Source of the DNA: Vicugna vicugna
Lineage: Eukaryota
DNA: 64,000 nucleotides
Direction: 5' to 3'
Assembly (NCBI GenBank): GCA_013265495.1
Contig: MU057801.1
Coordinates: forward strand, 744,001-808,000
In this document: positions 1 through 13,423 of the stretch, one piece after another
How the letters are laid out: each line of letters opens with the position of its first letter
Numbering within the stretch: the first letter of the stretch is position 1
The notes under the pieces: model-generated
What the model was told of the DNA's origin: nothing
Databases searched by the model: none
What the model saw: the letters and a program-made list of their open reading frames with translations, nothing else
Translations under genes and position numbers: made by a program

Positions 1-999
1 CCATGATTTACTGGCCTAAAAGTGACTTCAGGAAAAATTTAAAAAACAATTTTTCCATTTGTAATAAGGAATGGAAATTTGCAAACAGTTGAGAAGCAGG
101 TCAACACACACATCACAGAGTTCGCAAGTGCTGGGTCAGCCACTTCCCGAATCTCCTTACCCTCCAAACATCCTTAAAGCAGTATCTCGAGATGCTTGGA
201 ATAATGATCCAGTGCTCACTTCACATTGCAAAACTCAGAGTTCAAATATGTTTCCTCCTTCGATGATGCACAGCAAGGACCCAGCCTGAAAAACCTTACA
301 GACTATTTTTTCCCTCTAAAAACAGTCTTAAGAGAAATAGAATGTCTCTCTCTAAACAGACAAAACCAGGTGACAGGATAAGAAACAGACTTCAAACGCT
401 GCGGCAGTTAATACTTCGAATTATTTCCTTCCTTCTCAGGGTAAAATGTGCCTAACGGGTGGGTCTGAGGGCTTCTAAGACTCAGAATACAGGAGTGGCT
501 CTTACTTCAGATTCCTCTGCTCAGTAATAAGCATTTGCACTGTGGGACAGGAAGTAGCCTGCATCAGTGGTGTGAAAACCAAACTTGAAGGTGCTAACCT
601 AGTATTTCAGGGTTCCTTGGCCCCAGCCAGCCCCAATTAGCACTGAATTAAGAAGTCTACCCAGCAGCATTCTCCCTGTTAGGTGAGGACTGCTAGACAT
701 CCAGGGTGCAGATAGCCAGGAGTAAGGAAGCTGAGGTGCCCAGACTTCCCAGTGCTGTGAAAAGCCTCCTGCCCTCGCCTCGGAGACTTTGCGGAAGTCA
801 AGATGCCAGTGCTAAGGAGATACCGAAGGCACGTTCCTTCCCTTCGAAACCTGGTGTTTCCCCATGGTTTCTTCCTTTCTATAACTAACTTGGTCAAGAC
901 CTTGAGTGACAGAGAGTAACAGTTTTAACAGATGCAAACAAACTGGAAAGAATGCAAGAGGTACAGTGGGGGATGTTAAAAAAAAAAAGTGTAGAATTA

Positions 1000-1372
1000 C
1001 AAGTCCACAATCCCCTACTGCAAACTCAAAATCCAAAAACCTATGAATACGGAACCTCTTCTGTGCAATTCTTTAGCGGACAGGACCTGACCTGAGCTGA
1101 ACTCCTGTGGTGGCAACACCGGACTAACTGACTAAGGCCTTTGTGGGCCAAGTTCTCCCACTGAGGACGCCTGCTTACATCTTAGGCTACGGAAAGGACA
1201 ACACTCCAGGTTCCAGGTACTGCCCAGACCCCTGGAGGGTTACGTACAGACGTTAATGCTGTGTTCATGTTCGTTATACACCAATGCGCCTCACTACCAC
1301 TCTAAAATCTGAAAAGCTCTGATTCCAATGCGCATCTAGCCTGAAGATCACGATAAAAGAGACGTGGACCTG
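1000..1372. mobile_element. Probable old non-autonomous DNA transposon (Tc1/mariner, Tigger-like)
   Basis: Imperfect terminal inverted repeats caagtccac...gtggacctg, with TA at the left end; family not certain. Confidence 0.4.
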
Positions 1373-3084
1373 TCTAAACACCACTTTCTACCCACTTTGA
1401 TAAATTGTGCAAAACTCTATCTGAAAAGATCCTGTGTGATTCAGGCATGAAGTACACAAGAGTCAATAATAAGGATGATTTTGTATGTAAAGGCTCCTAC
1501 GTGAGTGTCCTGACACAGGACTCATCCTGACCGAGTTACAGAGCTGACTTCGTCTACACAGCAGAGCAACAGAAAACCAACACCCACCCTCTCTGTGGCT
1601 CAGAAGACCCAGTGCTCCGCAGCCCTGAGCTCAAAGTCACCGTTCTCAGAAAGTTACTCTTAAACTGGGTGCAAAAGCTACTTGTACCAGCAATTTTATC
1701 CCACCCCCGAGGACCTGGACAGAGTTTAGGTAATACTATGCACTACCCACTAGATCTGTGAAGTTCCCACAACACAAAATGGCAAATTAATTTCCACACG
1801 TAGCTCTAATAAGTTTATTCACACTGAGCAGGGCCTACGAGTCTTCAGACTTTTTGAAGTACCATCTGAAGAAACTGAGGATGGCTTTCCTCCAGACAAC
1901 ATAAATAAAAGGGAGGGATTCTAACTGACACAGACAAACACCGCGTGCAGTCACTCTGCATTGTCCTGCATTGCTGCTACACCAGGGAACATCGCAAACT
2001 CCCAGGATGTTCCTCAGAATCATACCTAACGTCTGATTTTTTTTATTTTCAATTTAAATACAGAGGGTCAAAGCATCAGTTAAGCAGAAATGCTGTCAAC
2101 AACTCTAACATTCTAAGAAAAACTTCTTTTGTGTGTTTGAAGGACTCAAAGACCAAGACATCCTAAAATAACGATTTATCCATTCAGTTCAACAGATTTA
2201 TTAAGTATATATACTTTACTTTCTTTACATTTTGACATTTGTAACATATAATTCCATTTATATGAGGGCCAGAGTTTTCACAGAAATCATCCTAAATTAA
2301 GTTCAGGATCTGGAATTTTGGTATATCCACTGATGGTGCCATGTTCTCTCAGTTTCCATGCCTTTTACATATTGATTAATCTCCTACCTAGAAAGCCCTC
2401 TCCACACTCACATTTGAAGGCTCAGATTGGAATCACCTTTCAAAGCCTTCCTCAATTTCTCTGAGTAAAATTATTCAACTTTTCTCCTTTGCTACTTTGT
2501 ATGCCTTTTATAGCAACAATCACACTGTAATTATTTTTTCTCATCTAATCCCCATTAGGCAATCAACTTACATAATACAGCATGGTGAGATACTCTGCTT
2601 TTGTCCCTGAACTTTGTACATGAATGTCTCTCCCTCAATAAACATTTGAACGAATGAATGATCAAATAGAGAAGCTTCTGTAATAAGGTCATGCTCTCCT
2701 CAAATATGATCATCCGGTAAGGTAGAAAAATTAGAAGAAATGTCAGTCTTCTAAGGCAGAAGGACTAAACCAAGCCTTTTAACAAGAAGGCAGAATTCAC
2801 AATCAATACCACAAATTACGCCAGCTGTACTGTGAATACAGGATGGAGATGAAACGCTGTTGGATGTCAAGAACTGGACAGAAGGGCAGTGATGGGAACT
2901 TGCTCTATTGCAAGTTTCCTCTCGCTGCTACATCCTAAAACATTCAAGCAAAATAATTCCGAGTCAATGACAAAGGCCTGAAGAGTAAGATATTCTTATA
3001 AGGGAAAGCGTAAAACTATTTAAGAAAAATACTCCAGATCAATGTTTCTCAAACTTTATGTGCACAGGCATCCTCTGGGACTCT

Positions 3085-3788
3085 CTCTCTTTTTTTAACC
3101 CTTTTTTTTGGGGGGGGTGAGGATGATTAGGTTTATTCATTTATTTATTTTTATTTAAAAAATTTTTATTGAAGTGCAGTTGATTTACACTGTCAGTTTC
3201 ATGGGTACAGCAAAGCAATTCAGTTATACATACACATACATATATTTTCTTTCTTTTCAGATTCTTTTCCATTATATGTTATTATAAGAAATTAAAGATT
3301 GTCCCCTGTGCTATATAGTAGATCCTTGTTGTCTATCTATTTCATGTATAGTAATGTGTGTCTGTTAACCGCCAACCCCTGTGTATCCCTCTTTGCCCTT
3401 CCCCTCTGGTAACTATAGTTTGTTTTCTATGTCTGTGAGTCTGTTTTTGGTTTGTGGATAGATGTGTATCATTTTTTTAGATTCCACATATATATGATAT
3501 CACATGACATTTGTATTTTGCTGCCTGACTTACTTCACTTAATGTGATCATCTCTAGGTCCATCCATGTTGCTGTATGTGGCATTATTTCATTCTTTTTT
3601 ATGGCTGAGTAATAGTCCATTGTTTCTATGTACCACAAGAATAAATATATTCATTTATTTTATTTATTTATTTTATTTTAATTTTTAATGGAGGCACTAG
3701 GGATGAACCCAGAACCTCATGCATGCCAAGAACCCAGGACCTCTTGCATGCCAAGCACGCACTCTACCACTGAGCTACACCCTCCCCT
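3085..3788 (-). mobile_element. tRNA-derived SINE (Vic-1-like), interrupted by an L1 fragment
   Basis: Head reverse complement reads ggggagggtgtagctcagtggtagagtgcgtgcttggcatgc; tail homologous to the SINEs at 13424 and 23359. 12-bp TSD ctctgggactct at 3073-3084 and 3789-3800. Confidence 0.85.
3147..3647 (-). mobile_element. 5'-truncated L1 3' end inserted in the SINE A-rich linker
   Basis: Homologous to the L1 3' ends at 15.2 kb and 20.8 kb. 13-bp TSD tattcatttattt at 3134-3146 and 3648-3660. Confidence 0.85.
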
Positions 3789-4088
3789 CTCTGGGACTCT
3801 ATTAGAAAAGTAGACTGCAGCTTGGTAGGTCTGGCTGGGACCAAGATTCTGCATTTCTAACAAGCTTGCAGGCAAGGCTCCAGGTCTATGAACCAATTTT
3901 TGAGCAAGACACAGATAATGTACTTTCCTCCAAAGTCCAAGCTGGACTTGTCTCAGTTTTTAATCAGCATATCCTTGTTAATATTCCTTGTTGTAACCGA
4001 TCTTGATGGTGTTGATTATATTAAACATTACTGCAAATACAATGGGAAGAAATCTATATTACTTAAAAATTTTTGTAATTGTTCTTAC

Positions 4089-4146
4089 CTATACTCTGGT
4101 AATGCCATCGAAAGAAAATTCGTTCAGGTAGAAACTGCAGTATTTT
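4089..4146 (-). CDS. RALGAPA2: RALGAPA2 coding exon 4 (58 nt, phase 0-1)
   Basis: Acceptor tttgttttgtag|, donor |gtaaga. Reads KILQFLPERIFFRWHYQSI plus 1 nt, continuing the frame. No further exon seen in 1-4088. Confidence 0.95.
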
Positions 4147-6089
4147 CTACAAAACAAACGAAAATTAATAAGATATAAAGAGAAAATAAACAACAAATGA
4201 CATTACACACTTTCATGATAGCCCACAGTACATGCTATATTACTCTATGCAGAAAAGAAAAAAAAAACCTGTTTGTAATAACATAAATATTGCCCTTTAT
4301 CCTGGACCCCTAGGGGACAGTCTCTTTGACTTGCCCCAAGCAAGCTTCCTTTCCTGAATGTTTTAAAGAGATTACTGTTCCAACTTTAATTCTCCCTAAA
4401 AGGAAGCAAAAAAGAAAAGGAAAAAAAGAACTAGTGATCATTGTATCTCACACCCACTGCTTAAATATCACAAGAAGAGTTTCTCTAGGTTTCTCCTTTT
4501 TTACCCTCCACTTTCCACTTATGTCAACATCACTGGACAGAAACAGAACCGGGAAGAAAGATGGACAACAAAGAGGATGAGAGCTTATGCAGTGGAATAA
4601 GGAAATGAGACTGGTAGCAAGAATTACTTGAAATTAATAGCTAAAAATAAGTTTCAGGATTGTAGTTATGAACCCTTCCCCACTCCCACAAGGTAGATAC
4701 AATAAAGAACAAATTTCCGATATACAAGAGTATTTGGCTCATGAAAGCAACTTTTCCCCCAAAGACCCAAAGCAATAAGAATGACCTTTTTTTCACTCCA
4801 GAGCAAGTGTTGGCAAGTCACTCTTGGGCTGTAAGATCCTTGTATTTTTTCTGCAACCACCTTTTTTAAAAATGTAGAATATCCAAGATACATTTCTTGG
4901 TATTGATAGTGTGTTATTGTTTTACTGTGAAAAATCTTCATTCTAGGTTTCTCTAGCCTCCTATTCTAACATTCTGAAAGATTAAGGTAAGGAACTTATA
5001 TTCAGATCTCCTGAGTAAGCATCTCTCCAGGTAGCTATGGAAACACTGCCCCCACCGCTCGGGCCAGCTCGGGGTTCGGTTTGGTCTTAACTTTCTAACG
5101 GGCTCCGCACCATACGTGTGCATGTCTTTCACTTGTTCCCGCTTGACAGGAAAGGAGCGTCTAGGAACCTGTACTGGAAGAGCCACAACAGGTAGACCTG
5201 GTTGAACACGGTGGCTGCAAAGGCAGGACGTCACCTCCGCACATGAGTCCCTCTGAGCGCTCTATCTGCAGGAGCCTGGCTCTGCACCACTGTCCACTTC
5301 TCCATCACCTCTCCCAGCGTCTGCACGGTCCTCATCCCTGGCTAAGTAGAAGCCCCGCAGACACCAGAACACTCCGAAGTACCCCCAGTGCCTGGAGCAT
5401 GCCCGGAACGCGTAGATGCTCAATTAATACTCAGTGAAAGAACTTGGACTGCTTCCTCCCTGTGGAACTGTGACTTTCACAGGTAATCCTGATCTCTGCT
5501 ATGGTCCTATGTTCACACTGACATAACATATACCTTGTCCTTCCTTAAACGTCACCGAATTACCAACGACATTTACATTAAAATACATTAAAACATGTGG
5601 GCATTTTTAAACCCTGAACCCAGTGAAGTAAAACTCAAACAAACAAAAAAATGCTGTATAATTTGAAAGAACTAATTTTTCAAAATCTGATAAACATAAA
5701 ATACAAATGTATTTAGTTATATACTTTTTTGCAAGCCATTCACACTACACGTCTACAAAGAGGAAAACCTAAACCAACCACCCCAGATTGTCTCTAATTA
5801 CACAGATTAAAGGCAGTACATAGTTGATCACATACTGAAAACCACTGAAGTAAATTCTCTCCAACATATTTCCATTTTCGACTTCTCCGAGAACATGTGG
5901 GCTTGCTGTCTTTTAAGCCCGTAATTCTAAAAGGTATCTTAAATCTTGTTTTACTATGTGATAATACTGACATGTACTCAAACATCCCTACACACACACA
6001 CAGGCCAAATCCCGTTTAGTGAAAAATACCTACACACTAGGTACGAAGGTTGGCATCTGAAATGCAGAAATTAAACAACTACGAATGAA

Positions 6090-7050
6090 ATAGTTCGTCT
6101 TTACTTCCAAGGGTTGCATGATTCATGGGGAAGAGAGACAGCAAGGAAAGTATCATTCAGGGAAAAAAAGAAGCCTGGCCACAGTCTGTAGGATGCGCTA
6201 CGCAGGTGACGGGGAAAGTGCCTCACTTCAGCAGGGACTTCGTGAACTGCTTCCTGGAAAAGAGGACACTTGCACTGAGACTTACAAAACTAACTAGTTA
6301 GCCGAGAGGAGACCTGGAACAGAGGAGGAGCATGTGTGAAGGCTAAGAGGCAGACTTGGTGACTTAAAGGAACAGCAACAGGCGGTCAGCTCAGCGGGCA
6401 GGTGGTGAGCAGGTAGGAGACGCGCCCGGAGAGGCAGCGAGGGCGGGCTGATGTTCTCACCGGAGCAGGATATGGCTGGAGGTAAACTTAAGACAGCTGA
6501 GAAGATAGGCGAGGTGTCTCGAAGAAGAGGCGATGGTAGTATTTCCGACAAGGAATGAAGTGGCCTAGACCAAGGTGAGCAGGACAAAGAGGAGAAGCTA
6601 TAGCAGGGACATCCGGGAGATAAAGCTGTCATGATGGACACAAGTTGGGTACACAGGGGTCTCAAGAATGATACCCCCGGCCCCACTAAAAAGGGCTTCG
6701 TAGGTGGCAAGAATTTTATCCAAGATGTTGAATCCAGAAGGAATCCTAGAATTCAAGCATGTTGTTTGGTTCTGGAAATCCTGGAATTTGAGGTGTCAGA
6801 GGACTACCTTAGCGGAGATGCTCTTCTGGGCAACCGGGCATATGGGTCTAGAGGGCAGGGGCAGTGTCTGGGTGGTAACAGAGCACAGGCAGCAGCCAAA
6901 GGCGTGTCTACGAGATCCTGGGTGAGAGAGCTGAAGATGAAGTGAGATGAAACCCCTGTGCCGCCACCGGTGCGCTGAGGTCCTGCTCAGAAGGCAAGGA
7001 TGGGGAAGGGGGCAGAAACCAGAAGCAAGTGTGCACAAGTCAAAGGGGAG
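6090..7050 (-). mobile_element. Decayed L2 LINE fragment(s)
   Basis: Purine-rich L2-like strings (cttcctggaaaagaggacacttgcactgag; gaatttgaggtgtcagaggactacc). Boundaries approximate. Confidence 0.5.
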
Positions 7051-7347
7051 CCTCCAGATGCACCAGGTGTCTATATGTTTGTTTGATTTAAAGATGAGAA
7101 ATACTCATGGCCAACTGATATGCACAACCAGTTAGAAAAAAGCTGCTGGGAGACGTGGGGAAGTTGACGCCAATAACAAAGCAACTTCAGTATTAAATCA
7201 AGTGGGCCCCATGGTGCCTCCTGCTGGAGAACCCACAGCCTGTCAGCCAAACACCAAATGCCAGATGGGGTGGGTCCGCCCGAGTGTAAACTGCACAAAG
7301 GCAAGGGCTCTCCGGGGGGTGAGGGGGGATCAAAATAGGTCTTCCCC

Positions 7348-8217
7348 ATACAAATGATCAATAGGCACATGAAAAAATGCTCAGTATCACTAATTATCAG
7401 AGAAATGCAAATCAAAACTACAACGAGGTATCACCTCACACCAGGCAGAATGGCCATCATTCAAAAGTCCACAAATGACAGATGCTGGAGAGGCTGTGGA
7501 GAAAAGGGAACCCTCCTACACTGCTGGTGGGAATGCAGTTTGGTGCAGCCACTGTGGAAAACAGTATGGAGAGTCCTCAAAAGACTAGGAATAGACTTAC
7601 CATATGACCCAGGAATCCCGCTCCTGGGCTTATACCCAGAAGGAGCCCTACTTTAGGATGACACCTGCACCCCAATGTTCATAGCAGCACTTTTTACAGT
7701 AGCCAAGACATGGAAATAGCCTAAATGTCCATCAACAGATGACTGGATAAAGAAGATGTGGTATATTTATACAATGGAATACTACTCAGCCATAAAACAG
7801 ACAACATAACGCCATTTGCAGGAACATGGATGCTCCTGGAGAATGTCGTTCTAAGTGAAGTAAGCCAGAAAGAGAAAGAAAAATACCGTATGAGCTCGCT
7901 CATATGTGGAATCTAAAAAAACAAAGCATAAATACAAAACAGAAACAGAATCACAGACATAGAATATAAACTTGTGGTTGCCAAGGGGGCGGGGGATGGG
8001 AAGAGAAAGACTGGGATTTCAAAATTGTAGAATAGGTAAACAAGGTTACACTGTATAGCACAGGGAAATATACACAAAATTATGATAAATCACAGAGAAA
8101 AAAATGTGACAATGAGTGTGTATATGTCCATGAATGACTGAAAAATTGTGCTGAACACTGGAATTTGAACAACATTGTAAAATGATTATAAATCAATAAA
8201 AAATGTTAAAAAAAAAA
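7348..8217 (+). mobile_element. 5'-truncated young L1 (ORF2 C-terminus, 3'UTR, poly-A)
   Basis: Translates [26 protein letters not shown]...[18 protein letters not shown] (L1 ORF2 Cys-rich domain); AATAAA and A-tail. TSD core gtcttccc at 7339-7346 and 8218-8225. Confidence 0.93.
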
Positions 8218-8734
8218 GTCTTCCCTTTGCAACATACGCCAACACGAACTGGAGGTGGACAACACACAGGAGGGTCTAAATGTGAAAACTAGATTGTGTT
8301 TTGTCAAGTTCCATTACGTTAAAAGGAAATCAGAAGAAGTGGAAAACAGAAGTCAGCTCTCCACAGCATATGGTGACAGGAACCAGTGCAAGCACTGTCC
8401 CACCAGCAGGTCAACCGGAAGAGCCCGGCGAGGTGCAGAAGGCGCAAGCGGCAGTGGGAACCAGAGCGCCACCCAGAGGCTGCAGGAAAATGTCACAGGC
8501 AAGGAGGCTGGTCCAAGGGGACCAGAGCCTGGAGCTGAGGATGTGGACGAGGGTCTCAGCAGTCAGGTCGCTGCCAAACCAAACGAGCAACTCTGAGCCC
8601 TGAAAAAGCACAGCTGGGATGGGTGGGAGTCTCCAGACTCAAGAGAGAAAGCTTCTGCTCAGGCCTAAGTTTTATGATTCTTTTTCTGTCCCAATCAAAA
8701 TTTATTTATTCATTTATTTATTTTTAAACAAACG

Positions 8735-9105
8735 GTCCTTTAAATTCTATAGGACTTTCCGATTTTCAGAAGTTTCGCGCACTTGATTTCACATGACCCC
8801 ATAATAACCCTTCCCCCGACTCCCTCTCCCCACTGGTAACAACGAGTTTGCTCCCTATAGCTGCGAGGCTGCTTCTTCTTTTGTTTTGTTTTGTTTTTCC
8901 CGCCAGTTTGTCGTATTTCTATCCCACATACGAGCAACACCACGCAGGGTCTGTCTTTCTCTGACTCATTTCACTCAGCGCAGTGCCCTCCAGGTCAGCC
9001 ATGCTGCAGTAAATGTGTGTATTCACATCACATCTCCTTTATCCACTCATCTGTTGATGGATGCTGGTTGCTTCTGTGTCTTGGCTGTTGTAAATAGTGC
9101 TGTTA
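8735..9105 (-). mobile_element. Older L1 3'-end fragment
   Basis: Alignable by eye to the L1 piece at 3400-3640 (cccacata...ctgactcatttcactcagc...caggtc). Confidence 0.7.
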
Positions 9106-9194
9106 AGCTTTGTGATTCTTTAACTCACACTTTCTCTTTCCTGAAATATTCACTACGGAGACTAGCTCAGCACGTTTGATAATGACTGATAATC

Positions 9195-9565
9195 GTTGCA
9201 GGCTGGGTTCTCTGGGAAACAGGCTCTGCGTGCAGTTGGGAGGGCCAACGGTTTACTGGGGAGCAGCGTCTGTAAAAGAGAAACAAGGCGGCAGGGTCTG
9301 TCGGGGAGCCCCAGACCACCGCACAGAGCTGGCAAGCCGTGCAGGAGCTCCAGAGCACAGACGGCCCATCAGGGGGGCCCCGCGAGCCTGAGACGGCCAG
9401 GCCCTGTGCCACCGCCTTGCTCAGTCACTGGCTGGGGACGTGCTGGGAGGGGCATGACCGGGGCTGGGAAGCTGAAGATGGCCTTGACAGCTGGGGGCTG
9501 CCCGCTGAGCCCACTCCCTGCAGCTGGGCCTGAGGGGGTGAGGGCAGGACTTCTCTGGCAGCCAC
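9195..9565. mobile_element. ERVL-class solo LTR (LTR16-like)
   Basis: gggttctctgggaaacaggctctg start and ttgctcagtcactggctgggg motif; similar to 48335-48725. Confidence 0.55.
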
Positions 9566-12500
9566 AGTCATCTTCACGTTATTAATGAGAACACTGTCAT
9601 CAGATCAAGACGCGGAAGTGCTGCCGCGGGGACACGGTCTCTGCTGCTTTGTTCTCATCAGCTGGCGGCAGCCCCGCAGAGATGGAAGCCGGGCGCCACG
9701 GGGTCCTCGGCACCTTTTCCGCCTCCTTCCGTCCGGGCCACTCTCCCCGGGATCGGCACAGCAGGGACTCCGAGTCCTCTCCTCTCATGCTTCCACCTCC
9801 AGGGGGACCTGGTGTTCCACCTACATCCTGGGATCATCTTCTGATCTCACCTGCCACTTAATCTAAAAATTCCGTACAGCAGGCTCTGAGAAAGTTACAG
9901 CTTCAGGACAGATCTTACCTTGGACGGGACGCATCCAAGGAAGAAAATGGCACCAAACCACGCTTTTCAACTTTCCGAAACACAGACGGGTGTTCTTGAC
10001 TTAGGATTCTATGCTTGGTGTATAACATGGAGAAATGGCTTTTTACTATAAAGAGAGGCAAAGGATACAGCAAGAATGTGGTGCATCCGGATGCTTGGAT
10101 GCCGTCTATCGGCCACAAGAAGTCTCCAACTTGTGCTAGATCAGGCTACCATCATCGCCACTTCTGGATGAAGGTTTTCAGATTTACAAAATAGATGGAC
10201 TTTAAAGACACTCAAAAATAAACTCGCTGTGGCTGGGACAGAAGATACCAGGTCTGATATTTAAGCCACTAAGAATATTCCCAAACGGACATAATCTGCA
10301 TGACAACTCAAAGCTGAAACATCACCCACACAGATGCTGTCTGTGCTCAGATACGGCAAGAACCACTTCCTATGCACTGGTCTCTGAGGGTCAATGAAAA
10401 CAAAGCTGCACACAAACATCTGTGTGTGAACGCTAAGCCCGACCCCCAGGAAGCCCCATATGCAGCCTGCCACCGCGGAGGCAGACACAGCACGGCACCC
10501 CAGTGCAGGTGTGTCTAAGCCCCGCTCCTGCGAACGCCGCATCAGCTGTTGACATCTTGTTTGTAGTTTCGCTGGAGAGCAAAATGTAAAAAAATTCAGG
10601 AGAGCCACACAGTGTGGATAAATATCACTCTTCTGAGAAACACAGGGCCGGTGTTAATACTCCACGCTCAGCTGCGCCTAACCGGTAATCCGGCAGAGCA
10701 CACTCGAAATCGAAATGAGGTGTTACTGCTGATCAGCGCATCACGGGGGCTGTCAGCCTTCTAACTCATTATCCACAGTTCCTTTCTCTTCAGAACTGAT
10801 GGCATGACCAGGAATAATGTGAAACGAAGGCTGGAGTTTATACAAGATGCAACATTGCACTTTCAAACTGCTGATCTTCCTTTGATTTGGGTGGGAAACA
10901 TTATTTTGGTCAAATTATTATTACCAGATGATGGCAACAGATCCCAGTTGATTCACATGTGATTTCAAGTCCACGGAGAGTGGAGGAGGAAGAAAACATT
11001 CCATGCTAACTGAGGCAAGGTAATGTACTCAAACGGTGACCAGCTACACCTGTCATCCTCGAGTAGAGGACGTGGGGCCACTCTCCGGGGGGCAACCAGC
11101 CTCCTGACACGAGGGTGCGAGGCAGAGAAAACGCTGGCCAGGGAGAAGGCAGGAAGTGCAGTCTGGAAGAACAGAGGTCTCAGGTACTCAGCCTTCTGAG
11201 TAACAAATGTTCAGAAAACGTATGGTGAGAACAGGGCAGGTGGGCTTAAAGGAGACATTCTGTGAATGCCTGGACCCCTGTGAGCAGGAGCCCGGCGGCC
11301 TGGACACTCCGGGACAGGCCTCTGGAGAGGGCAACGAGCTCCCCGCCGGCCTGGGCCCGGCCACTCCTCTCTTACTAAGAATGACTCCGCTATCTAACGT
11401 GGACAAAACATTTTCATTGAATTTTGAGTGTCAACATTTATTTGGGACTTGACAACTGAAGAAAAATAGAGCTAAAATAAGGAACTACCTAATCTTAAAA
11501 ATAAGATGACTACATTTTTGCTGAAAAAAGTAACGCCTTTCTTACACCACGTACACTCCCAGTACAGGACAGCACCTCTCAAGTCACTGGCCACGCGGCT
11601 GCTGAGCAGGGGAAGCACTGAGTGGGGAAGGCCTTCCTCATGCTCTTCAGCCCCGAAGACCAAACTCAGACGTCGCCTCTTGAGAAGGACCCACTTCAAC
11701 CACACCTCTCACCGCATCCCTGGGCAGCACGCGGCTCAGCTAGGCAGGCACCAGGCCCACTCCACCAGGAGATGCTGGACTTGAGAGAAGGGACCCTCTG
11801 TTAGCCACCTTGCGTCCCCGGCACTCCCAGCAGTGGCGGGCACACAGCGCTTCTTAATAAGCACCGATACAATTTCTTACAATTTCTTAATTTGACTTCT
11901 AATTTCTTAATAAGCACTGCATGCACAAATGAATGAACGAAAAGTGAAAAAAAGGAAGACAGGGAATTCTGATTTGAGTGCTTGTGCACAGACAGACACA
12001 AGGAAATGCCCACGGTTAGGGAAGGCCCACTCACACTCCGGCATCACAGACCCTGGTGAGCAGGCACCCGAGAAGGAAAACCGAGAACAGAGCTGCGCTT
12101 CCAGACGTCACAGCAAAGCTTAATGCTGGGCTAGGTCATCACTCAAAGGGCGGTACTTCCCTTGGTTAATGAAAAAAAGAAAAAATATTTCAAAAGACTT
12201 AAAATACAAGGCAAAGCCATATAAAGAAAACATGAGATGTAAGGAAAAAAAGAGAGGGGGCGATCTAATTCCCCCTCCCGTATTTTAGAAATGGGCCAAT
12301 ATAAAAATGTTGGAAAACCTCATTAAGCCATGAAAACCCAGAAAGGGCAAAGGATCCCACCTACAAGCAAAACCGAGGCTCCCCTGCTCAAAGCACAGAC
12401 AGGGGGCGTGAGGCGTGAGAGCAGAGCACACTGAGAACGCGCGGCAAAGGAGACCGTCCTGAAGAGGAATGGATTCCTCCTCCTGAAACACACTTGCTGC

Positions 12501-13423
12501 AAGAATAGGGTCCTTTCTTAGAAATTCTGATTCACGTTCTTTTAAGAGGACACAGAATCTTCTTTTCTAAGACCGAGGTAAATAAAAGCAGCAGTGTGAA
12601 ATCAGAGAGCATCGCAGGGAGATGAGAACACAGAAGGCAAGGGTCTCGGGGGTCTAGACGGTGGCCGCACAGCCTCCTGCCGTCCCTGTGCCAGGACACG
12701 TGCGTCACAAGGCCTCCCCAGGACCGGATAAGCCGAACGGAGACAAACACCCAGACACTGCACGTTCAAAGCTGTCAGTTCAGCATATAACTAAAAACTC
12801 TACACAAATCTGAAAAGAACAAATGGATTATCTGCAAAGGAACAAAAATCAGGTGGCCTCAGTCTTGCTGTCTGCGACACCAAGCTCCAGCAGTGTGGCC
12901 AACGGCTCCTGGCAGGCCACGCCGAGAACACGGGGCCCACGTCACAGATGGAGCAGAGCCCCCGAAGCAGACCAGGTGCCCACTGCTGACTCCAGCATGT
13001 GATCAAGATAACTCAACTACAGCTAACAAAATTCAGCATTTTGTGGAAAAATGACTATGATGCAAAAAGTATAGAGCCAGCTATATGTGTTTGAAGGCTA
13101 AGAAAAGATATTCTTAAGCTGGAAACATGTCAGCCACATACCTCACTACCTCGGCATGCTAAATGGTTCATATTCCAGCAATACAGAGATTAATCAAAAT
13201 AATTTCCAAACAAGGGTGCAGGTGCACAAGCACTGTGAACACTGAGACATATTTATACCACTGAAATTAATACGGTTATAAAAATTAAACCCGCAAAACC
13301 ACTAACATCAGAAAATAAATTCTAAAAAATATTATAATAAAATAATCTGGATATAAAATGGTTAAAACAAATAAAAACTGAGAAGTACAACTGACACATG
13401 GGACTGAAGTAAAAGCACCAGCA

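Larger units (their letters stand above)
3040..3910. mobile_element. MER5-like hAT-Charlie MITE, split by later insertions
   Basis: caatgtttctcaaact start; resumes after 3800 with gtaggtctgg...tctgcatttctaacaagct, a typical MER5A-like string. Confidence 0.65.
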
